From contig JAPOVQ010000001.1 of NCBI GenBank assembly GCA_026708035.1, forward strand, positions 151,970 through 215,969: DNA of 64,000 bases. The letters are read 5' to 3'. Under the pieces are notes generated by a model. The model had not been told where the DNA came from and ran no database searches. It saw only the letters and a list, made by a program, of their open reading frames with translations. Positions 9,249 through 17,672 of the stretch are shown in pieces. Source of the stretch: Chloroflexota bacterium. GTDB lineage: Bacteria; Chloroflexota; UBA11872. The translations under genes and the position numbers were made by a program. Within the stretch, counting starts at the first letter, position 1, and each line of letters begins with the position of its first letter.

Positions 9249-9982
9249 CGCCGCGCGGGGATGGCGCCGGCGCCGCCGGAGAAGGCGCTGAGCGCGACGG
9301 CCGCCAGGATCACGGTGACCACCACGGGGTGCCAGCCGAGCGACTCGAGCGTGGCGGTGTAGACGGCGGCGGCGTGCAGCAGCCCGGCGCTCATCAGATA
9401 GACGCCCAGGCGATCGGTCAGCCAGCCCTTGGCGAGCAGATAGGCCGTGCCGAGGTGAAGGCCGATCCAGAGCCACTGCTGGACGATCGGATACACCAAG
9501 TCACCGCCCACCGGGAGTTGCTGGATGGCGGGGGAGAGCGCGGCGTTGGCCCCGAACAGGGCGAAGCCGAGCGCGGGGGCCGCGGCGGCAGTGGTCACCG
9601 GGCGCGGCTCGCGCGGGTAGGCCATGGCAAAGAGCACCACCAGCAGCAGGATGAGCTTGACCATCTCCTGGGCGTAGCCGGCGATCAGGGCCTCGACGAC
9701 GCCGGTGAGCGGTCGGGCGTCGGCGATGCGGACCGGGTCGATGTTGTCGGTGATGAGGTCCACCACCGCGACTGTGGGCTCACCGCGCACCCACACCTGG
9801 GCGACGGCGTAGACGGCGGCGCCGGCGACGAACCCAAACCACGCCGCGGGGCGGTCCGGCATGAGCGGCGGCCCGAGCCGGGACCAGAAGAGGCCAAACG
9901 CCAGCACGGCGACCACGGCCACGGGATGGGGCAGAAAGAAATAGGGCGCGAGCACGGCTTGCTGCTCGGTGAGCCACTCCAT
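9245..9982 (-). CDS. polytopic membrane protein, PrsW-like intramembrane protease family (tentative)
   Basis: 245 aa with about 7 TM helices; QEMVK, GLHLG and LLHAAAVY motifs resemble the PrsW EExxK/FxxxH/HxxxD motifs. Confidence 0.4.
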   Translation of the reverse strand: MEWLTEQQAVLAPYFFLPHPVAVVAVLAFGLFWSRLGPPLMPDRPAAWFGFVAGAAVYAVAQVWVRGEPTVAVVDLITDNIDPVRIADARPLTGVVEALIAGYAQEMVKLILLLVVLFAMAYPREPRPVTTAAAAPALGFALFGANAALSPAIQQLPVGGDLVYPIVQQWLWIGLHLGTAYLLAKGWLTDRLGVYLMSAGLLHAAAVYTATLESLGWHPVVVTVILAAVALSAFSGGAGAIPARR

Positions 9983-10113
9983 GGGGCTAGCTAGCGAAGG
10001 CGGGCGAGCGCCGGGTGCTTGGTACCATGGCGGCGATTGGCGGGTGCGGCGGCTGAGGGGTTGTCGTGCCCGCGCGATTGTTTACAACGCAAGCGAACGG
10101 GTGCGCCTTTCGC

Positions 10114-10197
10114 GGGTCGGTGGGTGAGCGGCTAATACCACCGGACTGTAAATCCGGCGCCTTTACGGCTACGTAGGTTCGAATCCTACCCGGCCCA
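10114..10197 (+). tRNA. tRNA-Tyr (anticodon GTA), class II with long variable arm
   Basis: Acceptor GGGTCGG/CCGGCCC; anticodon stem CCGGA/TCCGG with loop CTGTAAA; T-arm GTAGGTTCGAATCCTAC. CCA is not encoded directly. Confidence 0.7.
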
Positions 10198-10246
10198 CCG
10201 CCACCGTGGCGTCGGATACCATGGTGGGCGGCGCGCCCGCAACGCT

Positions 10247-10323
10247 GGTCCCGTGGTGCAGTGGCCTAGCATATCTCCCTGTCAAGGAGAAGATCGCCGG
10301 TTCGAATCCGGTCGGGACCGCCA
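10247..10323 (+). tRNA. tRNA-Asp (anticodon GTC)
   Basis: Acceptor GGTCCCG/CGGGACC; anticodon stem TCTCC/GGAGA with loop CTGTCAA; T-loop GGTTCGAATCC; encoded CCA. Confidence 0.85.
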
Positions 10324-10348
10324 GACACGCCTGTTGCGGGCCTGCCAT

Positions 10349-10421
10349 GGGCCCATAGCTCAGCGGTCAGAGCAGCCGGCTCATAACCGGCCAGTCCCTG
10401 GTTCGAATCCAGGTGGGCCCA
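10349..10421 (+). tRNA. tRNA-Met (anticodon CAT), elongator type
   Basis: Acceptor GGGCCCA/TGGGCCC with a 1:72 pair; D-arm GCTCAGCGGTCAGAGC; anticodon stem GCCGG/CCGGC with loop CTCATAA. Lacks initiator features. Confidence 0.8.
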
Positions 10422-10526
10422 CCGGACTTGACGATAGAGCGAACCGAGCCTGATTCAACGATTGTCCAGAACGTCTGGTGGGGACTCCTCCAGGTTCCTG
10501 CCATCGAGAAACGCGAGCTGAAGAGC

Positions 10527-11468
10527 ATGACGCAGGTTCGGCCGGGGAGACGGCTTCAAATCTTGGGCGTAGTCCTCGCGCTGGCCCTTCCCGCAGTCTT
10601 CATGGCCTGCGGCCCAGATACCGCGACACCGACGGAAGCGCCAGCAGCCTTTGGCGAGGCCACGGTCGATCGGACGGGCTGGCCGGCGAAGGTCCGGCTG
10701 GGTCTGATTCCCACCGAAGCCAACGTCATCGCCGACTGGACCCCGGTGGTGGAACATCTGGAGGCTCGGCTTGAATTGGAGGTGGAAGTATTCGTAGGCG
10801 CCGACTACACCGCCACCATCACGGCCGCCAGGAACGGCGACGTCGACATCGTGCAGCTGGGCCCTACGTCCTACGTCAAGGCCCGCGAACAGGGTGCCGA
10901 TATCGAGCCGGTGGTCAGGTGGATTAACGAGGACAGCGGGATCGCTGGCTATAACAGCCTGCTCATCACCCACAAAAACAGCGGCATCACGACCATCGAA
11001 AACGCGCGGGGCCGTACGTTTGCCTTCAACGATCCCGAGTCCACGTCGGGTTTCCTGGTTCCCACGGTGTTTTTTCTGGAACGGAACATCGACCCCGAGT
11101 CCTATTTCAGCGACGTGTCATTCGCGGGTTCCCACGAAGCTACGGCTCTGGCCGTGGTCAACGGCACCGTTGACCTGGCCTCCAACAACAACGAGACCCT
11201 GCCGCGACTCTTTGAGACAGGCAAACTAAACGAGGACGACCTACGGATCATCTGGACGTCCGCACTGATTCCCACCGACCCCATTTCGGTGCAGAACAGC
11301 CTGCCCGCGAGCTTCCACACTGCGGTCAAAGAAGCCTTCCTGAGTTTCGACGACCCGGCGGCTCTCGGCGTGCTGCGGATTCAAGGCTGGATCCCTACCG
11401 AGGACGGAGACTACGACGTCGTCCGTACGCTCGAGGCCACCAGGGCGCAATTGGCCAGCGTCAACTAG
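10527..11468 (+). CDS. phosphonate/phosphite ABC transporter substrate-binding lipoprotein (PhnD family), orphan SBP
   Basis: Start moved to Met39 of ORF 10413..11468 because the ORF's 5' end overlaps tRNA-Met. Lipoprotein signal LALALPAVFMAC; PhnD-like core (GLIPTEAN…TAARNGDVDIVQLGPTSYV…ASNNNE). No permease or ATPase gene adjacent. Confidence 0.65.
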   Translation: MTQVRPGRRLQILGVVLALALPAVFMACGPDTATPTEAPAAFGEATVDRTGWPAKVRLGLIPTEANVIADWTPVVEHLEARLELEVEVFVGADYTATITAARNGDVDIVQLGPTSYVKAREQGADIEPVVRWINEDSGIAGYNSLLITHKNSGITTIENARGRTFAFNDPESTSGFLVPTVFFLERNIDPESYFSDVSFAGSHEATALAVVNGTVDLASNNNETLPRLFETGKLNEDDLRIIWTSALIPTDPISVQNSLPASFHTAVKEAFLSFDDPAALGVLRIQGWIPTEDGDYDVVRTLEATRAQLASVN

Positions 11469-11572
11469 CAGCCGGGAGAGATGTGACGATACTCGGTCGG
11501 TTCCCCGGTGCCGGTGCGCAGCCAAGTGGACGTTCCAGGTGACCAGTCAGATGACATGTCGATATCGGAGGA

Positions 11573-11791
11573 ATGACAGTGCGAGAGATCGAGGCCGAGA
11601 AGTTCAAGGAGCAGTGGCTGGCGTTGCTGGATGAGATGGACGCCGAGGGACTGATCGTCACCAGGCGCGGCAAGCCGGTGGCGCGCGTGCTTCCCTACGA
11701 GGGCGACGACGCGGATCTGATTGGCAGCCTGCGGCACAAGATCGAGGTGCGGGGCGACTTGATGACGACCGGGAGCTGGCGCAAGTACTGA
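11573..11791 (+). CDS. Phd/YefM-family type II antitoxin-like protein (orphan)
   Basis: 72 aa; the core …GLIVTRRGKPVARVLPYE… matches the Phd/YefM antitoxin fold signature. No toxin ORF downstream. Confidence 0.5.
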   Translation: MTVREIEAEKFKEQWLALLDEMDAEGLIVTRRGKPVARVLPYEGDDADLIGSLRHKIEVRGDLMTTGSWRKY

Positions 11792-11843
11792 GGCGTCGGC
11801 GCGTGTCGCCGAACGGTCTGGCCTGGAATGCAAGGCACCGACT

Positions 11844-11891
11844 CCCATCCGTTCGGCAATCCCTTCGACAAGCTCAGGGCGAACGGATGGG
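11844..11891. other. perfect 12-bp inverted repeat (CCCATCCGTTCG … CGAACGGATGGG) with 24-nt loop
   Basis: Seen directly in the sequence, in the gene-free stretch downstream of the antitoxin-like gene. Confidence 0.6.
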
Positions 11892-12046
11892 ATTAAGTCC
11901 CGGGGCCTGTTTCAGAGCCATCCGAGTTCTTGGCTGCTTATGAGGATTCTGCCAGTGGTTGCGAAACAATCGGCACGATTGGCATCGCGAATAAGCGGTA
12001 GCGTGGGAAGACTCCGACGAACGGACGCTCCGGCGTAGGGCGGAGA

Positions 12047-13504
12047 ATGCAAGTGGGCCGCCAGACAATCCTCGTCACCGGCGCGACGGGGTATATCGGC
12101 GGGCGGTTGGTGCCGCGGCTGGTCGGGTCGGGTCGTCGGGTTCGGGTGCTAGTCCGCAGCCGGTCGCCGGTGGCCGCCCGTGCCTGGCAGTCGCAGGTCG
12201 AGGTGGCGGTGGGCGATGTGCTGGACGCGCAGGCGTTGTCGGAGGCGCTGGCGGGGGTCGACACGGCCTACTACCTGGTTCACAGCATGTCGAGCGGCGC
12301 CGATTTCCACGAGCGGGACATGCAGGCCGCTCGCGCGTTCGGCAGGGCCGCGAAGGCCGCGGGCGTCAACCGGATCATCTACCTGGGGGGTCTGGGAGAT
12401 CCGGCGTCGAAGCTTTCCCGCCATTTGCGATCCCGGCAATCCACGGGCCAGGCGCTGCGAGAGAGTGGCGTGCCGGTCACCGAGTTCCGGGCGGCCGTGA
12501 TCGTCGGCGCGGGCAGCATCTCCTTCGAGATGATTCGCTACCTGGTCGAGCGGCTGCCGGTGATGATCTGCCCGAAGTGGATCTATTCGCACATCCAGCC
12601 CATCGCCGTCGACGATCTCCTGGTGTACCTGGTGTCGGCCCTCGATGCGCCGGAAAGCCAAGGGCAGATCGTCGAGATCGGCGGGAAGGACGTGGTCACC
12701 TACCGGGGCATGATGCTGGGCTATGCCCGGGCGCGGGGGCTCAGACGGCTATTGGTGCCGGTACCGGTGCTGACGCCGCGCCTGTCCGCCTATTGGGTGC
12801 ATTGGATCACCCCGATTCATGCGGGAATCAGCTCGGCGCTGATCGAGGGCCTGCACAACGACGTGGTGGTGACCAACGATTCGGCCCGAGAGCTCTTTCC
12901 AGACGTGGATCCGATGGACTATTCCGGAGCGATTGCCCGCGTGGTCGACGATCTCGACGCGGGGCGGATCGACACGTCGTGGAGCGACGCCCTGGGCGCG
13001 CCGGCGTGGCGCGAGCAACCCGTGGGGCTGGAGTCGCGTCACGGGATGATCATCGAGCGCCGCCGCATGCGGGTGTCGGCGCCGGCGCAAGAGGTGTACC
13101 GGGTGTTCACCGGCATCGGCGGCGGACGCGGCTGGTATTTCGCCACCTGGACCTGGCGGCTGCGTGGAGCGTTGGACCGCATGCTGGGCGGCGTCGGTCT
13201 ACGCCGGGGGCGGCGCCATCCCGACCACCTGCGCATCGGCGACGCGCTGGACTTCTGGCGGGTCGAGGACCTGCAGGCCGATCGCTCGGTTCGCCTGCGC
13301 GCGGAGATGAAGCTCCCGGGCCGAGCCTGGCTCCAGTTCGAGGCGCGTGAAGCCGGGGACGGCACGTCTCACCTGGAGCAAACGGCGGCGTTCATTCCCA
13401 AGGGCCTGCCGGGATTGGCGTACTGGTATGGCTTGTATCCGCTTCATCGCTGGATCTTCGGCGGGCTGATCAGGGCAATCGCCCGCCGCGCCGAGCGGGT
13501 GTGA
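12047..13504 (+). CDS. NAD(P)H-binding (NmrA/SDR-like) protein with C-terminal DUF2867-like domain
   Basis: Rossmann motif ILVTGATGYIGGRLV at the N-terminus; 485 aa two-domain architecture. Confidence 0.65.
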   Translation: MQVGRQTILVTGATGYIGGRLVPRLVGSGRRVRVLVRSRSPVAARAWQSQVEVAVGDVLDAQALSEALAGVDTAYYLVHSMSSGADFHERDMQAARAFGRAAKAAGVNRIIYLGGLGDPASKLSRHLRSRQSTGQALRESGVPVTEFRAAVIVGAGSISFEMIRYLVERLPVMICPKWIYSHIQPIAVDDLLVYLVSALDAPESQGQIVEIGGKDVVTYRGMMLGYARARGLRRLLVPVPVLTPRLSAYWVHWITPIHAGISSALIEGLHNDVVVTNDSARELFPDVDPMDYSGAIARVVDDLDAGRIDTSWSDALGAPAWREQPVGLESRHGMIIERRRMRVSAPAQEVYRVFTGIGGGRGWYFATWTWRLRGALDRMLGGVGLRRGRRHPDHLRIGDALDFWRVEDLQADRSVRLRAEMKLPGRAWLQFEAREAGDGTSHLEQTAAFIPKGLPGLAYWYGLYPLHRWIFGGLIRAIARRAERV

Positions 13505-13639
13505 TCCGCGGGAGTCGATGGGCGCGCGGAGTGCTGGGTGAGTCTCCGGGGTGAATTGGGCGGGTTTGCCGCCTCCAGAGACCTCGGCAAGGTCCGGGAG
13601 GTGCAGGTCTCGGACCCGCCCGACGCCATGCATCCGGCG

Positions 13640-13715
13640 CGCGTCCGGATTCGACCGGACTGGATTCCGGCTTCCGCCGGAATGACGGGCGGATCACGCA
13701 AGGGTCTCACCCCGC
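13640..13715 (+). repeat. dispersed palindromic intergenic repeat, copy 1
   Basis: Core GGATTCGACCGGACTGGATTCCGGCTTCCGCCGGAATGACGG (hairpin ATTCCGGC-TTCC-GCCGGAAT) followed by …GCAAGGGTCTC…; shared with copies at 15680, 23590 and 33685, all in the same orientation. Confidence 0.8.
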
Positions 13716-13949
13716 GGGAATGACGAGTCCGACGCTGCGCGCAGCCCGCTAGATCCATCGTCGGACCCTGGTTCGTCGTATAGTGCGCCCAGACTTGCCG
13801 CGCGACACGGTTGCGGGGAGGTAGTTCTGGCGGCGGCGACCCAGCAGCATCCACGCTACGAGGCGCACGAGAATCCGCCGCTGCTGGCCTCGCTCGGGTA
13901 CACCCTGCAATTCGGTCTGATCGCGTCCGCCGCCCTGCTGGTCACGCCG

Positions 13950-15578
13950 GTGATCGTGGCCAAGGCGTCGGGACAGGACGACGCCTACCTCGGCTGGATG
14001 GTCTTCGCGACGCTGGTGGTGGTCGGACTGGCCACGTTCTTGCAGGTTCGCCGGATCGGGCCCCTCGGCGCCGGCGCCGTGCTGCCGCTGTTCACGGCGG
14101 CTTTCTCCATTCCGTTCTGCATCACGGCGCTGAAGGACGGCGGACCGGCGACGTTGACCTGGCTAATCCTGGCCTCGGCGGCGTTCCAGCTGGTGATTTC
14201 CAGGTGGCTGTTCATCCTGCGCCGAATCGTGACGCCGACGATCAGCGGCACCGTGATGATGATTCTCTCGATCACGCTGGCTTCGGTGGTCTTCGGCCTG
14301 CTGGACGAGGCCGCGGAAGCCGAACCCGTGGCGGCGCCGTTGACCGCGCTGGTCACGCTGGTCGTGGTGGCCGCGCTCACCCTTCGCGGTTCACCAGTCT
14401 GGCGACTGTGGGCGCCGATGATCGGCATCGTGGTCGGCTCGGTGGCTGCCGCGGCCTTCGGCATCTACGACTTCGACCGGGTGACCGAGGCCGGCTGGGT
14501 GGGACTTCCCAGCGAAGGGCCGCAGCTGGGATTCGACTTCGGCATCCCCTTCTGGACGCTGCTGCCGGCGTTCCTGTTCCTGGGCGTGATCATCTCCATC
14601 CAGGTGAACGGCGAATCCATCTCGCTGCAGCGGGTGGCGCGGCGCGAAGACCTGGCCATCAACTTCCGCGAGGTGCAGGGATCCCTGGCCGGCACGGGTG
14701 TGAGCAACGTGCTCGCCGGCGTCGCAGGCTCGGTACCCACCATCGTCAGTCCGGGCATCGTGTCGTTCACGCAGGTCACGGGCGTCGCGTCGCGCCGGGT
14801 GGGCTACCTCATTGGCGGCCTGTTCATCCTGCTGGCGTTCTTCCCCAAGGTTTCGGGGCTGCTGAGCTCGCTGCCGGGACCCGTGATGGCGGGCTACCTG
14901 ATCCTGGTGACGGGCACGCTGTTCGTGGACGGCGCGCGCACGGTGATCCAGACCGAAGAGAACCGGCAACGGCTGACCATCGCGGGCCTCTCGTTTTGGA
15001 TCGGCGCGGCGTTTCAGTTCGGGCTGTTCAGCTTGCCGGACCTCGGCACGGTGTGGGGCACGCTGCTCAAGAGCGGCGTGACGACCGGGGGATTCGCCGT
15101 GGTGGCGATGATCCTGTTCATGGAACTGACGAGCCATCGGCGGATGCGATTCGAGTCGAGGCTCAACATCGAAGTGCTTCCCGAGCTCTCGGCATTCGTT
15201 ACCAAGTTCGCCGACCGCCGCGGCTGGGACACCGCGATGAAAGACCGCTTGAACGCGGTGGCGGAAGAAACGCTGCTGACGCTGGCGCCGATGAAACTCA
15301 GCCTCGACGACGACGACGATGATGACGACGACGGACGTCGCCTGGTCGTGGTGGCTTCGAGCGAGGGCCCGGTGGCGGACCTGGAGTTCATCGGCGGCGG
15401 CAGCGAAGAGAACCTGGAAGACCGCGTGCGCCAACTCCAGCAGCACGACTCGGAAATCGTGGCCGAGAGCGAGCTCTCGCTGCAGCTGCTGCGGCACTAC
15501 GCCACGTCCGTGAACCACCAGCAATTTCACGGCACGGATATCATCACCGTGCGCGTGGATCCGCCCGAGGCGGGCTAG
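13950..15578 (+). CDS. nucleobase:cation symporter-2 (NCS2/xanthine-uracil permease)-like transporter with acidic C-terminal extension; true start probably upstream
   Basis: About 12 TM helices. A conserved N-terminal segment (…ENPPLLASLGYTLQFGLIASAALLVTPV…) is encoded in-frame upstream of the first GTG at 13950 with no ATG/GTG/TTG available (CTG at 13827?). Poly-Asp run DDDDDDDDD near 15304-15330. Confidence 0.55.
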   Translation: MIVAKASGQDDAYLGWMVFATLVVVGLATFLQVRRIGPLGAGAVLPLFTAAFSIPFCITALKDGGPATLTWLILASAAFQLVISRWLFILRRIVTPTISGTVMMILSITLASVVFGLLDEAAEAEPVAAPLTALVTLVVVAALTLRGSPVWRLWAPMIGIVVGSVAAAAFGIYDFDRVTEAGWVGLPSEGPQLGFDFGIPFWTLLPAFLFLGVIISIQVNGESISLQRVARREDLAINFREVQGSLAGTGVSNVLAGVAGSVPTIVSPGIVSFTQVTGVASRRVGYLIGGLFILLAFFPKVSGLLSSLPGPVMAGYLILVTGTLFVDGARTVIQTEENRQRLTIAGLSFWIGAAFQFGLFSLPDLGTVWGTLLKSGVTTGGFAVVAMILFMELTSHRRMRFESRLNIEVLPELSAFVTKFADRRGWDTAMKDRLNAVAEETLLTLAPMKLSLDDDDDDDDDGRRLVVVASSEGPVADLEFIGGGSEENLEDRVRQLQQHDSEIVAESELSLQLLRHYATSVNHQQFHGTDIITVRVDPPEAG

Positions 15579-15679
15579 ACAATCCCAGCCACCCCCGTGC
15601 ACGCCGACGAGCCGCATCGCGGCTCTCGACCAAGGAGATTCTTGCCAAACATGCTCGGACGCTGGGTCTCTATAGCGCT

Positions 15680-15770
15680 TCGTGGGGATTCCGGGTTCGA
15701 CGAGGCCTGGATTCCGGCCTTCGCCGGAATGACGGATGGTTTTGCACGCGTCTCCTAAGGAGACGAGGGG
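15680..15770 (+). repeat. dispersed palindromic intergenic repeat, copy 2 (degenerate/duplicated core plus CGTCTCCTAAGGAGACG palindrome)
   Basis: GGATTCCGGGTTCGACGAGGCCTGGATTCCGGCCTTCGCCGGAATGACGG … GCACGCGTCTCCTAAGGAGACGAGG. Confidence 0.75.
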
Positions 15771-15803
15771 TCCAGCCGCGCTAGCTCCACGGGGCATGAC
15801 GGC

Positions 15804-17672
15804 ATGAGCCTGGATCCGGCCGCATCTCTCTGGCCCGGGGTGATCGCGTCCGTGGCGGTCTGCCTGTGGATTGCGGCCATCGGCGCGCTCTTCGCCTACG
15901 CCGTCTTTCGGGATCGGCCGCGACTGGTCTGGCCGTTCTACGCGCCGTTCGTGGGCGTGGCGGTGGTGCTACTGGTCACCAATCTTGCGGCGTACGTGAT
16001 CCCGGGCGCGCCCTCGGCCTGGTTTGGGCTGATTGCGACGTCAGCGCTGGGGATCGTCGCCGCTCGGCGCAGCGGCGCGCTGCGTCTTCCGCCCGAAGGG
16101 TCCCGGACCGCGCTGCTGGCCATGGCGGCGATGGCCGTCGGCGTATTTGCTCTCGCCTACGCGACTCGAACGCACGAGTACCCATTCGATGGCGAATGGC
16201 ACTACGCGCTGATCTTCCGCTTGGCTCGCGGGGAGTTTCCGCCCGTGACGCCCTACGGAGTCGACGCGGGGATCGGGTATCACTACGGCGCTGACCTGCT
16301 CGCGGCCAGCATCATCAACGTGGCCCGGGTTTTTCCGTGGACGGCTTTCGACGCCCTCGCGGCCTTCCTCGTCGGCGCACTCGTCCTCGCCGTCGCCGGC
16401 TTCGCCTACGACACAGGCGCGCCGCTTCCCCTGGCGCTTGGGATCGGCGTCACCGTGGGGTTGTTTTATGGACGGATATTCGGGTATTTCGATGGCGGCG
16501 TGTTCCTCGGATATCGCACCGGATACCTCGAGGACCTCGCCATCTTCGGGTCGCAGCCGACCCCTAGGCCAGCGTTCTTGTGGATGAAAATGTTGCAACG
16601 GCCACTGGCCGTCGGCTGCGTCGTCCTCGTCGCCGCCGCCTTCACGCGGGCACGGCACGCGCTGCTGCTGGCCGCGGCAGCCGGGGTCTTGGCCCTGGGC
16701 GACACCTCGGTGACGATCTTCGGCTGCGCGGCGCTGGCGCTGGTGGGCGTCATTCGCCTGGTCCGGCTGCGAGGAAGTGAGCGGCTCACGCTGGCCGGGG
16801 CGCTCGTCGCGAGCGCGTTGCTCGTCGTGCTGGCCGGCGGTCCCATTTCCGATGAAATCTTCGACCGCGGCGGCACCGCCGGACTCGTACGCGTGGCATG
16901 GGAGCCGGACGTGGACCATTTCCTGCTCTTCCATCAAAGTGGGTCGGCGCTGGTCAGGCTCGGGGCAATCCCGCTGATCGCGGTCGGCGCCTTCGCGGCC
17001 TACCGGCGACGCAGTTGGGGTCTGGGCGTCCTGACGGCGGCTGGCGCCTTCGGGCTGCTGGAAGCCCAACTGCTGCAGTCGGTTATACCGTGGCAGGACG
17101 ACCGGATTCTCTGGCTTACCCACGCCGTGGCGATGATCGCTGCGCTTTCCGGCGTCGGGGCGCTCATCGGTGCGTTGCGGAGGCCGGTGCACCGGCGCCT
17201 GGCCGTGGTGTTTGGTTGCCCTCCTGGTTCTCGTGCCGACCGGCCTTCCTCGGGCGGCCGCTGGTGTGCAGCTGGCGCTCAAGGACCTCGAAATCGTCGA
17301 CCCGGCGGCCGACGACTCGGGGCATCACTACCGAGACCGGACCTCCTGGGGCTGGGAGATCGAAGCGAGTTGGGAGCTATACACCTGGCTCCGGGACAAT
17401 CTGCCAACCGAGGCGCGCCTCCTTACGCCAAGGCCGCACATCAGCGCATCAGCCGCCGGCGTTGCATCCCCCCTCTCCCACCGCGATCAGCAAATGTTCG
17501 TGGGCACTCACACCACGTGGGTCTACGAAGACGGGCTGCGGTTCCTGCATCGCGACGACCTCTTGGATATGGGCATCACGCACCTCCACCTGACAGACGC
17601 CACGGCCGCCAACCTCGATCCTTCCGCCAAGCGCCTGCTCGACGACCCGAGCCACTTCAGGCTGCTGACTGA
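15804..17672 (+). CDS. large polytopic membrane protein (hypothetical); C-terminal ~150 aa of this ORF probably out of frame, see 17170..18870
   Basis: About 14 hydrophobic helices through ~aa 460, then low-complexity Arg/Pro/Gly-rich junk. Overlaps the next ORF by ~500 nt in another frame. Confidence 0.45.
   Translation: MSLDPAASLWPGVIASVAVCLWIAAIGALFAYAVFRDRPRLVWPFYAPFVGVAVVLLVTNLAAYVIPGAPSAWFGLIATSALGIVAARRSGALRLPPEGSRTALLAMAAMAVGVFALAYATRTHEYPFDGEWHYALIFRLARGEFPPVTPYGVDAGIGYHYGADLLAASIINVARVFPWTAFDALAAFLVGALVLAVAGFAYDTGAPLPLALGIGVTVGLFYGRIFGYFDGGVFLGYRTGYLEDLAIFGSQPTPRPAFLWMKMLQRPLAVGCVVLVAAAFTRARHALLLAAAAGVLALGDTSVTIFGCAALALVGVIRLVRLRGSERLTLAGALVASALLVVLAGGPISDEIFDRGGTAGLVRVAWEPDVDHFLLFHQSGSALVRLGAIPLIAVGAFAAYRRRSWGLGVLTAAGAFGLLEAQLLQSVIPWQDDRILWLTHAVAMIAALSGVGALIGALRRPVHRRLAVVFGCPPGSRADRPSSGGRWCAAGAQGPRNRRPGGRRLGASLPRPDLLGLGDRSELGAIHLAPGQSANRGAPPYAKAAHQRISRRRCIPPLPPRSANVRGHSHHVGLRRRAAVPASRRPLGYGHHAPPPDRRHGRQPRSFRQAPARRPEPLQAAD

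Noticed and set aside
8046-9476. 476-aa minus-strand ORF
   Set aside because: Antisense to lnt and the following membrane protein; Arg/Pro/His-rich low-complexity translation.
14391-15797. 468-aa minus-strand ORF (and 13811..15322 in + frame 2)
   Set aside because: Both overlap the NCS2 permease, whose hydrophobic periodicity and family motifs make it the real frame. They also read through repeat copy 2.
16041-17282. 413-aa minus-strand ORF
   Set aside because: Antisense overprint of the polytopic membrane protein gene; no motifs.
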